This document shows positions 42,498 to 59,194 of a stretch of DNA of 64,000 bases, one piece after another. A program made the translations under genes and the position numbers. Origin of the DNA: Octopus sinensis (Eukaryota); contig NC_043002.1 in the NCBI RefSeq assembly GCF_006345805.1, forward strand, positions 32,922,001 through 32,986,000, given 5' to 3'. Below the pieces are notes generated by a model. The model worked only from the letters and a program-made list of their open reading frames with translations. It was not told the origin of the DNA and made no database searches. Every line of letters starts with the position of its first letter. Positions within the stretch are counted from its first letter, which is position 1.

Positions 42498-42560
<63 letters not shown>

Positions 42561-42781
42561 CACTACTGGAAAGAGTTTAATATAAACGACAAATTATAAC
42601 CAAGTATGTTAATTGATGTGTTTTAAAATGTTGCTTACTGAAAAGGAAAATAAAAATAATTTTACAAAACAGAAATATTTGGAATCAGAAACCATTATCC
42701 CACTAACAATTATTAACCACAGTCTCTCAATAAACTAATTTAGCCTTTCTACTTGCAAGCTTCAATGACACTGTGTTCGTT

Positions 42782-42842
<61 letters not shown>

Positions 42843-43311
42843 CTCTGCATATATTTGATTCCATTCCTCTACAGTTCTTCTTCATATTGTCTTAAAGCCC
42901 CTTAAAAGGCTTCTTTCAATTTCTCTTCCTCTTTTGAATGCATCCCTACTCTACATATTAAAACGCAAAGTGACACGATAAAACACCACACATACGCACA
43001 TGCATCTGCACACACACATACACAAACATGTCGGACTGAGAGCTAAGCTTAACACATCTCGTGATTAATGCTACTTCCTTGTCTATGAATGTCTTTAACA
43101 GAGTTCACTGTGTTACAAACACTGGAATAAGACTTCAAGCAGGAGAATGTCATGATCTTATGTCACATCAAAATCTACTGCACTTTTTAAAATATATATT
43201 TATTTCGCTCTTTGGAAAGAATCTACAGTTTGTCACATCTTTCTGAATTATAAACCCACTAACTTTATCTCTTTCATATGATATATCAATCATTATGGGA
43301 ACAACTGTTAA

Positions 43312-43734
43312 CAATAGGCGCAGGAGTGGCTGTTTGGTAAGTAGCTTGCTAACCAACCACATGGTTCCGGGTTCAGTCCCACTGCGTGGCATCTTGGGCA
43401 CGTGTCTTCTGCTATAGCCCCGGGCCGACCAATGCCTTGTGAGTGGATTTGGTAGACGGAAACTGAAAGAAGCCTGTCGTATATATGTATATATATATAT
43501 ATATAAGTGTGTGTGAATATGTTTGTGTGTCTGTGTTTGTTCCCCTAGCATTGCTTGACAACCGATGCTGGTGTGTTTACGTCCCCGTAACTTAGCGGTT
43601 CGGCAAAAGAGACCGATAGAATAAGTACTGGGCTTACAAAGAATAAGTCCCGGGGTCGATTTGCTCGACTAAAGGCGGTGCTCCAGCATGGCCGCGGTCA
43701 AATGACTGAAACTGAAACAAGTAAAAAGAGTAAT
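43312..43734 (+). mobile_element. SINE family B, full length
   Basis: GGCGCAGGAGTGGCTG...GGTTCAGTCCC head, internal (TA)/(TG) tract, tail GTAAAAAGAGT. Confidence 0.9.
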
Positions 43735-43877
43735 CCCCTTTTCTCACCACCCCATGAGTCCCCGTTCTTCTCCGTACGGTTAATCGTTGTGGTGGGTGGT
43801 GGGAGACAGAAGAATTTCATAGAGTCAGTTTTACTCGAATCATATCCTTCCTAATCCACTCATCAGTATGCTTTGCT

Positions 43878-44297
43878 ATTACTCTTTTACTCTTTTACTT
43901 GTTTCAGTCATTTGACTACGGCCATGCTGGAGCACCGCCTTTAGTCGAACAAATCGACCCCGGGACTTATTCTTTGTAAGCCCAGTACTTATTCTATCGG
44001 TCTCTTTTGCCGAACCGCTAAGTGACGGGGACGTAAACACACCAGCATCGGTTGTCAAGCAATGCTAGGGGGACAAACACAGATACACAAACATATACAC
44101 ACACACTTATATATATATATACATATATACGACAGGCTTCTTTCAGTTTCCGTCTACCAAATCTACTCACAAGGCATTGGTCGGCCCGGAGCTATAGCAG
44201 AAGACACTTGCCCAAGATGCCACGCAGTGGGACTGAACACGGAACCATGTGGTTGGTTAGCAAGCTACTTACCACACAGCCACTCCTGCGCCTATTG
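43878..44297 (-). mobile_element. SINE family B, full length, inverted relative to the 43312 copy
   Basis: Reverse complement matches 43312-43734 along its whole length. Confidence 0.9.
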
Positions 44298-46144
44298 AGA
44301 CATTTAGTGAAAGAAATCTAATTGCACTTCACAAAAACAAAGCATTTGACCATGCCTGACATGCAGATATTGTAACGAAACTGCCTGTATCGGGATTTAG
44401 CTCTCATTTCTTGGATTGAAAGCTTACTATCAAATTGCATTTCTGACCTACACTTATATTCTATTAATTTTGGTAAGCACCTACAATATTTTATGTACCC
44501 TGCACACTTTATCAAGCACATCAATCGCCTATATGCATCCACCTTTAACAAAGCCCTCTGCTGTAGAGATGATAAACATCCTTCGTAAATCCTTAACCAT
44601 CCTTATACAAGTGCCATATATATGCAAATTTTGCACTAAGCTTGCTCTACCTTCATGAACAGAGACCTCAAAAACATTCTCTAATAGAATAGTATTGTCA
44701 CCCTTTAATTGCAAAAACACAGGAAACACTTTTATTTCATCACCCTTAGACTGAGACAACACACGACAAAAACCGTCGAAGTTGCTATAACTGCCAGGCC
44801 TCACAGTTACTGATTACTCATTATGATCTTTCAACCATAACCTTGTGCGAACTGTATCCCATAGACTCTCTTTCTAGGGTAATAAAATACTTTAGCTCCA
44901 AACACTTGCTGACATTTAAGGAGAGACTGACATAGAATCACTTCCCAATACACCCACAAAATCTGACTCAGTTCTGGTGGTTTGTTACTGTAGGCTATGT
45001 TAATCCTAATCGAGAAAATAATCTACGATAAAAGGTGTTTAAACCATAACCATCTCGTCTTATATAGAGGCTGTGCGCATCAAGAAGTTGGTACATTCGG
45101 GTTATCTCACCCCCATTATAAAATTGGGTTATATCCCCTCCTTATATGAAAACTATAGGTAATTTTGGTTACCATCCTCAACTAAAAAAATTGTTTAACC
45201 ATTAATTAAACAAAAAAAAATGAAAACAATCAATAAATATGAAAACTGAAAAAATTAATTAACATGAAAAGTGAAAAGATTAAACATCTTTTAACGACAA
45301 TTTAAAAATAGATTCCAGCTTTTGAGAATTCCCTCCTTATTAAGGGACATGCAACATATCACCGTCACAGCAAAGATTGAAACAGAATGAGGTTATAACT
45401 GAAATAGAGTTGTAACTTAAGTGGAGGCCACAGCCGTTCATATATTTGTTTATTGTCTCCAAATATATTTATCATTTGTTCCACACCTAATGCTGACTAC
45501 AATAAATCATACAGCGGGGCGTGACGTTCACAGCGACTGAATAGGTAGTACGTAAGAAATGTGTTAGGTGAGTGAGTAGAGGTAACAGTGAGAGGAAGGA
45601 AAGGGGAGAGAGAAGCGGAATGTGTGAAGAAGAAGACCACCACCACCAACAACAACATCAAAAACAGCAGCAGCAGCAAAAATAATATCCTGAGAGTGGA
45701 CAAGACTAAGAGGAGAGAGGAAGGGAGCAGAACCAATAAGACAGAATTGAAAATAAAGGAGCAAAAATAGGAAGTGGGAGAAAGAAGTAAAGAAACAAAG
45801 AACAGATGAATGGATGAAAGACAGTAAATATGACCAATAAAAAGAAAAAAGCGTAAATATTCTTTTCTACTCTAGGCACAAGGTCCGAAATTTTGGGGGA
45901 GGGGGCCAACTTGTACTTAATTTATCGACCCCGAAAGACAAAATCGACCTCGGTGGAATTTAAACCCAGAACGTAAAGCCTCCCTGGACCTCAAGTGGCC
46001 TGAACTCTTTACATGAACACCACCCTGTACTTAACTCCATGTCCCCCTACATGGCCTTGCTATTTGCTTTTGAGCCAAATTAACTAACTAACTAACTAAC
46101 AGACGAAGTACCGCTAAACACTTCGCCCAGCGTGGTAACGTTAC

Positions 46145-46560
46145 TTATTTCTTTATTGCCTACAAGGGGCTAAACACAGAGGAGACAAACAAGGACAGAC
46201 AAAGAGATTAAGTCGATTACATCAACCCCAGTGCGTAACTGGTACTTATTTAATCGACCTCGAAAGGATGAAATGCAAAGTCGACCTCGGCGGAATTTCA
46301 ACTCAGAACGTAACGGCAGACGAAATACCTATTTCTTTACTACCCACAAGGGGATAAACACAGAGGGGACAAACAAGGACAGACAAATGGATTAAGTCGA
46401 TTACATCGAACCAGTGCGTAACTGGTACTTATTTAATCGACCCCGAAAGGATAAAAGGCAAAGTCGACCTCGGCGGAATTTGAACTCAGAACGTAACAGC
46501 AGACGAAATACGGCTACGCATTTTGCCCGGCGTGCTAACGAATCTGCCAGCTCACCGCCT
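46145..46560 (-). mobile_element. SINE family A, dimeric form
   Basis: Reverse complement of the 17174-17570 structure. Confidence 0.85.
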
Positions 46561-46604
46561 TAAGAAGCGTAAATATTATGTGCAATACGGGTTTAGTGGT
46601 ATGC

Positions 46605-47000
46605 TCTTTACTCTCTTTACTCTTTTACTTGTTTCAGTCATTTGACTGCGGCCATGCTGGAGCACCGCCTTTAGTCGAGCAAATCGACCCCGGGACTTAT
46701 TCTTTGTAAGCCCAGTATTTATTCTATCGGTCTCTTTTGCCGAACCGCTAAGTGACGGGGACGTAAACACACCAGCATCGGTTGTCAAGCAATGCTAGGG
46801 GGACAAACACAGACACACAAACCTATACGCACACATATATATATATATATACATATATACGACAGGCTTGTTTCAGTTTCCGTTTACCAAATCCACTCAC
46901 AAGGCATTGGTCGGCCCGAGGCTATAGCAGAAGACACTTGCCCAAGATGCCACGCAGTGGGACTGAACCCGGAACCATGTGGTTGGTAAGCAAGCTACTT
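46605..47000 (-). mobile_element. SINE family B, near full length (partial copies at 48118-48345 and 48995-49146)
   Basis: Nearly identical to 43880-44270. Confidence 0.88.
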
Positions 47001-47399
47001 AATGTGAGACAGGTACTCAGTTAATACTCAGAGAAGCACTCAGAAATGGGACACAGGCTGATGGTAAAGACACGTGAAGAAGTAATATCACTAATAACAA
47101 ATGATACGTGGCAGCGTTACTATTTTATTTGTTCACTTCAATGCTGCCATCACCACTACCACCACCACCATCACTACCATCAGTGTCGCCATTCCTTATC
47201 AAACAAATCTGTAATCAAATAAAACAAAACAGTGTCAATATTAGTTCAACAGATTACACTGCAGGCTGACAATGGATTGTGGAGTGCCTCCTGTTCCACG
47301 TACTCAAACGCAGAAGCAGGCAATCACATACATGCATGTACACATAGATGTATAAACAGACATATGCACACACACACACAGAGTCACACACAGATATGC

Positions 47400-47935
47400 A
47401 CACACATACAAACACACATACATACACTTGCATACATACATACATACATACATACATACACTTGCGTACATACATACATGCATACATACACATACATACA
47501 TACACATACATACATACATACATACATACATACATACACTTGCGTACATACATACATGCATACATACACATACATACATACACATACATACATACACATA
47601 CATACATACACATACATACATACATACACTTGCATACATACATACATACATACATACATACACTTGCATACATACATACATGCATACATACACATACATA
47701 CATACATACACATACATACATACATACATACACTTGCATACATACTTGCATACATACATACATACATACACTTGCATACATACTTGCATACATACATACA
47801 TACATACATACATACACTTGCATACATACATACATACATACATACATACATACACTTGCATACATACATACATACATACATACATACACTTGCATACATA
47901 CATACATACACTTGCAAACATACATACATACATAT
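47400..47935. repeat. (CATA)n array punctuated by CACTTG
   Basis: Direct inspection. Confidence 0.95.
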
Positions 47936-48487
47936 GCAGATAATTAGAAATCTGCACATACACCCAATATACTGTATATAATACACACACACGCGCGTGC
48001 GTTGATAATAACAAATGACAGCGGCTCTTTAAACAAAAGTGGGGTGTAATAGATAGATATTAGGACAAACACAAAGTAACAAACAACGAGTGAGTCCAAA
48101 GTATCCATACGTGTGTATTCTTTTATTCTTTTACACGTTTCAGTCATTTGGCTGCGGCCATGCTGGGGCACCGCTTAAAGGGTTTTAGTCAAAGAAGAAA
48201 TCGACCCCAGGACTTATTCTTTGTAAGGCTAGTACTTACTCCATACATCATCTCTTTTGCCGAACTGCTAAGTTACGGGGACATAAACACACCAGCATCG
48301 GTTGTCAGACGTTGGTGGGAAGAGACAAACACAGACACAAAGACACGCACACATAAATGCATATACAAACATACAACATGCATACATACATACATACATA
48401 CATACAAACATACAACATGCATACATACATACATACATACATACAACATTCATACATACATACTAGTACACAGTTGACGACTCTCAG

Positions 48488-48875
48488 CGGATTTAATTCT
48501 AAATCATTGTAATCTACATGCTGCATAAAATCTAAATATAAATAATTATCTCACCACTCCTGTATCTTGATGCCCTCTATTTTCCTCAGCTACTCTCTAA
48601 ATTATAGTAGGCTTAATAATATATGCATTATTTTCTAAATTCACTCTGCCACAAATATTACATAAAGAAACGATGTGATTATTTTGGTTTCTAGTATTGA
48701 TATAAGATTGTTTCAAATGGTTTATACCTTATGTTGGAAATCTATATGGTCATCTACGCCTGAAGAGAGCAGTTTATTTCAAATTGATGCAATGTTTTCA
48801 TTGATCGATTAAATGGAGCTGCTCAAAACGGCCGTAATGTATTGATACCTGAACATCCTTGTTACTTATTTACAT
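48488..48875 (+). mobile_element. Penelope-like element 3' end with degenerate hammerhead (48752-48845)
   Basis: FNSKSL*STCCIKSKY resembles the LNxRSExxxxCRH end of PLE GIY-YIG ORFs; then CTGAAGA GAGCAG...CTGCTC AAAA CGGCCG TA. Confidence 0.6.
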
Positions 48876-48908
48876 TCCCTCTCTCTCTCTATCCTCCACC
48901 TCTCTCTC

Positions 48909-48997
<89 letters not shown>

Positions 48998-49191
48998 GAC
49001 GTGCTTCTTTCAGTTTCCGTCTACAAAATCCACTCACAAGACTTTGGTCGGCCAGGGGCTAAAGTAGAAGACACCTGCCCAAGCTGCCACGCAGTGGGGC
49101 TGAACCCGGAACCATGTGGTTACAAACCAACCTTCTTACCACACAGTGCATTATACATACATACATACATACATACATATAAATATATATA

Positions 49192-49666
49192 TACTGATAT
49201 ATGCAAGAAGTAAATAGACACCTTTAATTTTCAAAATATTTTATTTGATATTCATTGGTTGAAGAAGAGGTTTTTTTCTAGCTGCTCGTCCATAATACCC
49301 AAGCTTATGCAGATATGTAACACACGTTCTTAGACTAACTTCTAGCTGTTTTGCAATGTCAGAAGCCTTCGAACGGGGTTCGTTTTCCACAATTCTCTTC
49401 AAACAGCGAAACTTCCTTTCCGAGAGCCCAGGTCGGCCGGCACGAGAATCTGTTGATTCTTTTCCTTGGCTTTTGAATTGCACAGTAGCAAGAGGAATTT
49501 GAAGATTTTCGGCAATTTTTCGCTGGCATGGTTAATCTTCGCAAATGTTTAATATACAGGCACCTGGAATGAAAAAGAATAACTACACCGGTGAAAACAT
49601 TAAGACGCTTAGATCAGAAATTTTGAAAAATTAAAAGTGTCTATTTACCTTCCGCATGCCTGTGTA
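49192..49666 (-). mobile_element. Tc1-like deletion derivative
   Basis: Imperfect TIRs sharing GTAAATAGACAC; GRP...HKLGYYGRAARKKPLL Tc1 HTH region. Confidence 0.85.
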
Positions 49667-50029
49667 TATATATATAAATAGAGAGAGAGAGAGAGAATAG
49701 AGAGGGAAGTGTTTCCCACCCCGACGCCACTTGACGATTTTGTGAGGACATTGTTAACTGTGATAAAAGTGGTTCGGGTGAATGAACTTATTGTAAGCAT
49801 GCGCCATTAGATTAGAGAACAACATTTGGGCGAGAGTTTGTGCCCTTAGTTGTCAGGGCGATACAGGATGTGTGGGGTTCCTTGATACTTTCTATTTAAT
49901 TTCTTGTTTCCCCTCACCATTTTATGTAGACTCTCTCAAATTGTAAACTGTCCTTGTAGCATGTTTTTTTGTGTGTTTTTTTTTTAAGATAATATCCCTT
50001 TATAAACATGTACTGCATTACGAACTCCT

Positions 50030-50300
50030 TAAGTTTTGAAAAGTTTTTATCCACATTTTAGTCCGCCATTTTCTACCATTTCGATCCAGTACATACAGTA
50101 TTACCATTTGATCAGAGCGATCTACTCCACCCATATATTTTTTATAAAAGATAATAACTTCTGGACAAGTGAACTCTTTCTTTTTTCCCTCCTACTCCTT
50201 GTTATCACTCATTTGCTCCGCCTTTGGCACAATCAGTTTTTATTTTACTTTTTCACATTTTCCGCTTCTTTAGACCTTCGTTATCTCCCATAATTAAGAT
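50030..50300 (-). mobile_element. piggyBac transposase fragment
   Basis: PEVIIFYKKYMGGVDRSDQMV...RKWRTK on the minus strand; paralogous to 51650-51765. Confidence 0.75.
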
Positions 50301-50565
50301 CGAAACTTTTTTTTTATTGCTACATAAGATTTTTGAACGTGAGACAAAAATGTCTCAATGATATTCTAATGAACAAATACTTGGGACTATCCTATCCCCA
50401 ACACTATTTCACATGCACATTGAGTAAATTCAGAAAATTACGGAAATAAAAATGAAATAAATCATACAGTTTATTTCAAACGCAAAATGAAATTATAATT
50501 GCTTTCTCATATAATATTTATTATAAATTACAATAAGTTATTCGAATAACACTTATAAAATAATA

Positions 50566-51135
50566 TATTGGGTTGTCCGGAAAGTTCGTGCCGATTTTTA
50601 AAGGAAATGAAAAGGTCAATAAATACTTGCCATTACATTTTTAATCAACCAAATATTAACCATTTTGTTACACAATGCGTCTCCATCTTTCCTTTAACTT
50701 GAAAATACCCACTTCCCAGAATTGAGGTGGTTTCATGGCAAAGAATTCATCAAGGTATCTTTTTACGTCATCCAAGGAATTGAAATTTTTACTATTAAGA
50801 CTATTCTGCAGAGACCTGAATAAGTGGAAATCCGAAGGAGCAATATCTGATAAATATGGAGGGTGAAGTAACACATCCCAGCCGAACTGCAGCAATTTTT
50901 GTCTGGTTCCCAAAGCATCAAGTGCCGAAAATGAACTTTCTTATCTTCCATTTTAAATGGTTACAGAATTAACACAGGTTATAGGAACATAAACCTTCTT
51001 CCACGAAAAGATTGCTTAAACTGTGCTTCAAATGGAAGTGTAGTCAAATCCCATTTTATAGACTCGACCATGTTCTAAAATAAGTCGAAAGGTAAGCTAC
51101 TATAAATCGGCACGAACTTTCCGGACAACCCAATA
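50566..51135 (-). mobile_element. Internally deleted mariner with perfect 30-bp TIRs
   Basis: TA + TTGGGTTGTCCGGAAAGTTCGTGCCGATTT at both ends; MEDKKVHFRHLMLWE fused to HPPYLSDIAPSDFHLFRSLQN. Confidence 0.93.
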
Positions 51136-51298
51136 TATAATAACACCTTCCAAATAATACTTATGATATAATAAATACACTTCTTTCCTCATATAATTAT
51201 TATGTAATTATATAGTTTTTTTCTCTTATATCATACTAACTAATGAATGTATTCCTTTTCTCAAATAATGTTTATGAGAACAACCATGATTTATACAC

Positions 51299-51886
51299 GC
51301 TATGTGTGATATATTGTAAAACGTTCATCAATGCATAAAGTAATGTTGCATTTCCGGCAAATGTATTGGATCTTCCTTTTTGTGTTCTTCGAAGTACATC
51401 TAGTACATCTTCTGCGACTCTTTTGTTTTACTGGCATAAGATCACCTACATTCGAAATCAACTTTGCAGTCTTAGGATGCCGTCTGAAAGATCTGATTGT
51501 CTTTTGTAGAAAATTCGACCTTCCTGCTTCGATCAAACGTTGAGCTACATTTACTAAGTAATTTATAAATGGGGGTTTCGTATAGTGAATTTCAGAGTGA
51601 ATAACATAGCTGTTATAAACAGCTGTCATCAGAAGCCTGAAGAATACTTTCGTCCGCCATTTTCTACTTTTTCGATCCAGTTCATACAGTGTTACCATTT
51701 GACCAGAGCGATCTACTCAACCCACATATTTGTTATAAAATATAATCGCTTCTGGGCAAGTGAATTTTCTTACACTGTAGCCCTGATTTGTCCCATCCCA
51801 AGCCATTTTAAATAAAGAAAATTCAGTTTAGTATTAAAAAAACTTTTCTTGGGATACATATGTCCCTTAGGAGCGAAGGGGGTTAA
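51299..51886 (-). mobile_element. piggyBac relic with C-terminal cysteine-rich domain and a TTAA-CCC end
   Basis: YELDRKSRKWRTKVFFRLLMTAVYNSYVI...RRRCTRC...YICRKCNITLC; GAAGGGGGTTAA at 51875-51886. Confidence 0.8.
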
Positions 51887-52361
51887 ATAATAATTCTTTT
51901 ACTATCATTCATTTCAAATATTTGTTTGTCTATTTATGTGGCGTGGAGACTTCCTGCATTAAAAAAATTCCACTTCTATTCACTTAAACAATTAGTAAAA
52001 CCCACATTCATTTGCTACTATAAATTTATATCATTAAGTTCAAATTTTTCTTAAATATCAGTCACGTAAATATTGATTTCAAATTTTGGTACAAGGCCAG
52101 CAAGATAGGGGAGGGGCTAGTCGATTACATCGAACCCAGTGCTCAACTGGTGCTTGTTTTATCCACCCAAAAAGGATGGAAGGCAAAGTCGACCTCGGTA
52201 GAATTTGAACTCAGGATGTGAAGACGAACTAAATGTCTCTAAGCATTTTGCCCGGCATACTTAAAGATTCTGCTAGCTTGTAAGTCAATATATTAAACAT
52301 TTCCTCTTTCGATTCAATTAAAAGTTGACGAAACTCATATCCAAATTTCTATAGAAGAATA

Positions 52362-53218
52362 TCTTTATATATATATGAAACTGAGAATGTGTGTCTGTCT
52401 GTCTGTGTGTGTGTTTCCCTAAAACTTGAGAACTACACAACCAATTTCATTCAAATTTTACACATGCCTTACTTAGGGTCCGGGGAGTGTCATCGGCAAA
52501 GAATTTTAACTTTTTGCCTAGGGCGAGCCCACAGCAATATCATATCTTCTCTACTACGATTCCCTAAAACTTGAGAACTACACAACCAATTTCATTCAAA
52601 TTTCACACATGCCTTACTTAGGGTCCATGTAGTTTCATGGGCAAAAAAAGTGTTCAACTTCTTGCCTAGATATCTTCTCCACTATTTCAGTATTACGTGT
52701 TAAAAGTGAAACAAAAATATTTCTCTATTCTATGTCAGATGCTTTCACTTTAACAATAAAAATAATAATAATTGAATTATATGTAGTAAGTAATAATTAA
52801 AATCAAACTAAAGTATAATATAATCGTAACATAACAAAAGTAAAAATAGCAATTGATATAAAATTGCATCAATGATTTGAACTTGAATAAGTGGTTTCAC
52901 ATGAATGGGAATAAATTAGAATAAATAGCGTGCAGAAATGGCGGCTGAATGGATAGTGCGATGGATAATAAAAAATTAAATTAAAGAAAAGACTATTGTC
53001 TATTAATTTTACAATGTAGAGAAAAAAGAAGAGCTAACAATTGCAGTCTGTTATATATTTTGAGTATTATCACTAGCGATATCAAGATATAACTTTGTAG
53101 TTTGCATTTTATGTGTAGATGTATATATATAGATGTACATGTAATACGTACACATATATATACACATATATACATGCACTAGCACTATGGCCCGGTAACG
53201 ACGGGTCTTTAATGCTAG
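52362..53218 (+). mobile_element. Non-autonomous Helitron
   Basis: A|TC 5' end, (CTGT)/(GT) tract, subterminal hairpin CCCG-GTAACGA-CGGG, 3' CTAG|T, no TSD; internal ~145-bp-period duplication. Confidence 0.8.
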
Positions 53219-53484
53219 TATATATATAAAGTAAAGGCTATTTGCCAACATGATATTTCTGTCCTAAAAGAGACGATGTTACTGTTGTTTAAACCCAAGA
53301 AACATCGTTTCTAGCTGGCTATACGACGCACTATCTGTGTCCTTATATTTTCGAACAGGGAAGTCAGCACAGCCACCCAGTGCACCTAGCGCAAACAATA
53401 TAATATATAATATATATATATATATATAATATATATATATAATATATATATATATGTATATGTTTTATGTATGTACATATATAT

Positions 53485-53689
53485 TGAGTTGCCATGATAG
53501 ATCGTTAGTCACTACACACATTTTTTTCTCTCCTTGTTTTCTCCTCGTTTTTTCTCTGTCCCTTTCTGTAGAAGAGCGTAGGCTCGAAATGTAAAAAACT
53601 TTTTCTATTCTTGAGCGTAATACTAAAACATCTGTTTGTTTTGTACACCACCTGTCTTCGTATTTTGCTTTTCTAGTAAACTCTCCCTA

Positions 53690-53690
<1 letters not shown>
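53485..53690 (+). mobile_element. Short Penelope-like terminal repeat with variant minimal hammerhead motif (53563-53596)
   Basis: TTT CTGTAGA A GAGC GTAG GCTC GAAA TG TA AAA; embedded between (TA)n tracts. Confidence 0.5.
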
Positions 53691-57870
<4,180 letters not shown>

Positions 57871-58109
57871 TAATGTCAATGCTCAAAGTTTGAAACCCTT
57901 AGAAGTTTATCATGAAGACTTTCAATGAGAAATGTTTGCCTGTAGATAATAGGTTTTTGAACATGTATTTCAGTGACAAGAATTCAAATATTGTGTTTCA
58001 AATAATACATTTATAAGAAATTAACATGAGTCCTTTTCAAGAAATTGTCACTGATTGTGTCATCTGTTCTTTGGTTAACGCCATGAGCTTCCCACCCACC
58101 AGTATGTCC

Positions 58110-58192
<83 letters not shown>

Positions 58193-59194
58193 CCTATCTA
58201 TGTGTGCGTGTGTGTGTATGTGTGTGTGTCATAATGATTTACAGACACGTCTACAGATTGTTCAATTGGACAGCAAAACGGTTTCTTATACAAAACGAAT
58301 TTTTGTCTTTGTTCTGTCTTTTAAGATGATTCAGGTGCGTCAATTTATACTTGCTTTATAGCAAGTTAGCCACTATTCGTTGCGATTCAGTACAGTTTTA
58401 TCAAATATTTTTGTGGGGAAATCCACGTTAAGATTTGAGCTGGTCTTTGTACTTTAGCATATATGTGTATGAATGTGTTATGTGTATTCATACGTACATA
58501 TTAATACAGCTACCTTCATATTAGCTTGAGCTTTGTTGTTAATCTTAAAGATTAATTGTCTTTGTCATCTACTTCCTCACATACAAATATACAAACACAC
58601 ACTCCCTCCCTCTCTCTCCTTCGTTATATCTCTTTTTTCTCTCAACATCGTTCAAAGATTGTCATGTTGTACATAAAATTAATGATTCGTGAAAATATAT
58701 TTGACAAGTTTGGACACATACACATACAAACATTTACACATGCCGCACACACACACACACACACACACGTTTATACACACACACACACACGTTTATACAC
58801 ACACACACATACACACAAGTTTACACATGAACAAAGACATACATTTACATACGCATATATACGTTTACTCAGAAACACACATATATACGTTTACTCAGAA
58901 ACGGACATTCGTTTACACTGACACACATCTACAGACATGCATACATATACACACATTTACACAAGCACACACAAACAATCCCTAACGCAACCACACATGT
59001 TTACACAGATGCATACATACATATTTACACAACATACATATTTACACAAACACACATACACACATATACACGCGCACACACATGCACAAACACGTTTACA
59101 AAGACACAAATACAAAAACGCGCTTAAACAAATGCATACACATATTTACGCAGGTACATATATGTATATGTATATATGTGTGTGTGTGTGTGTG

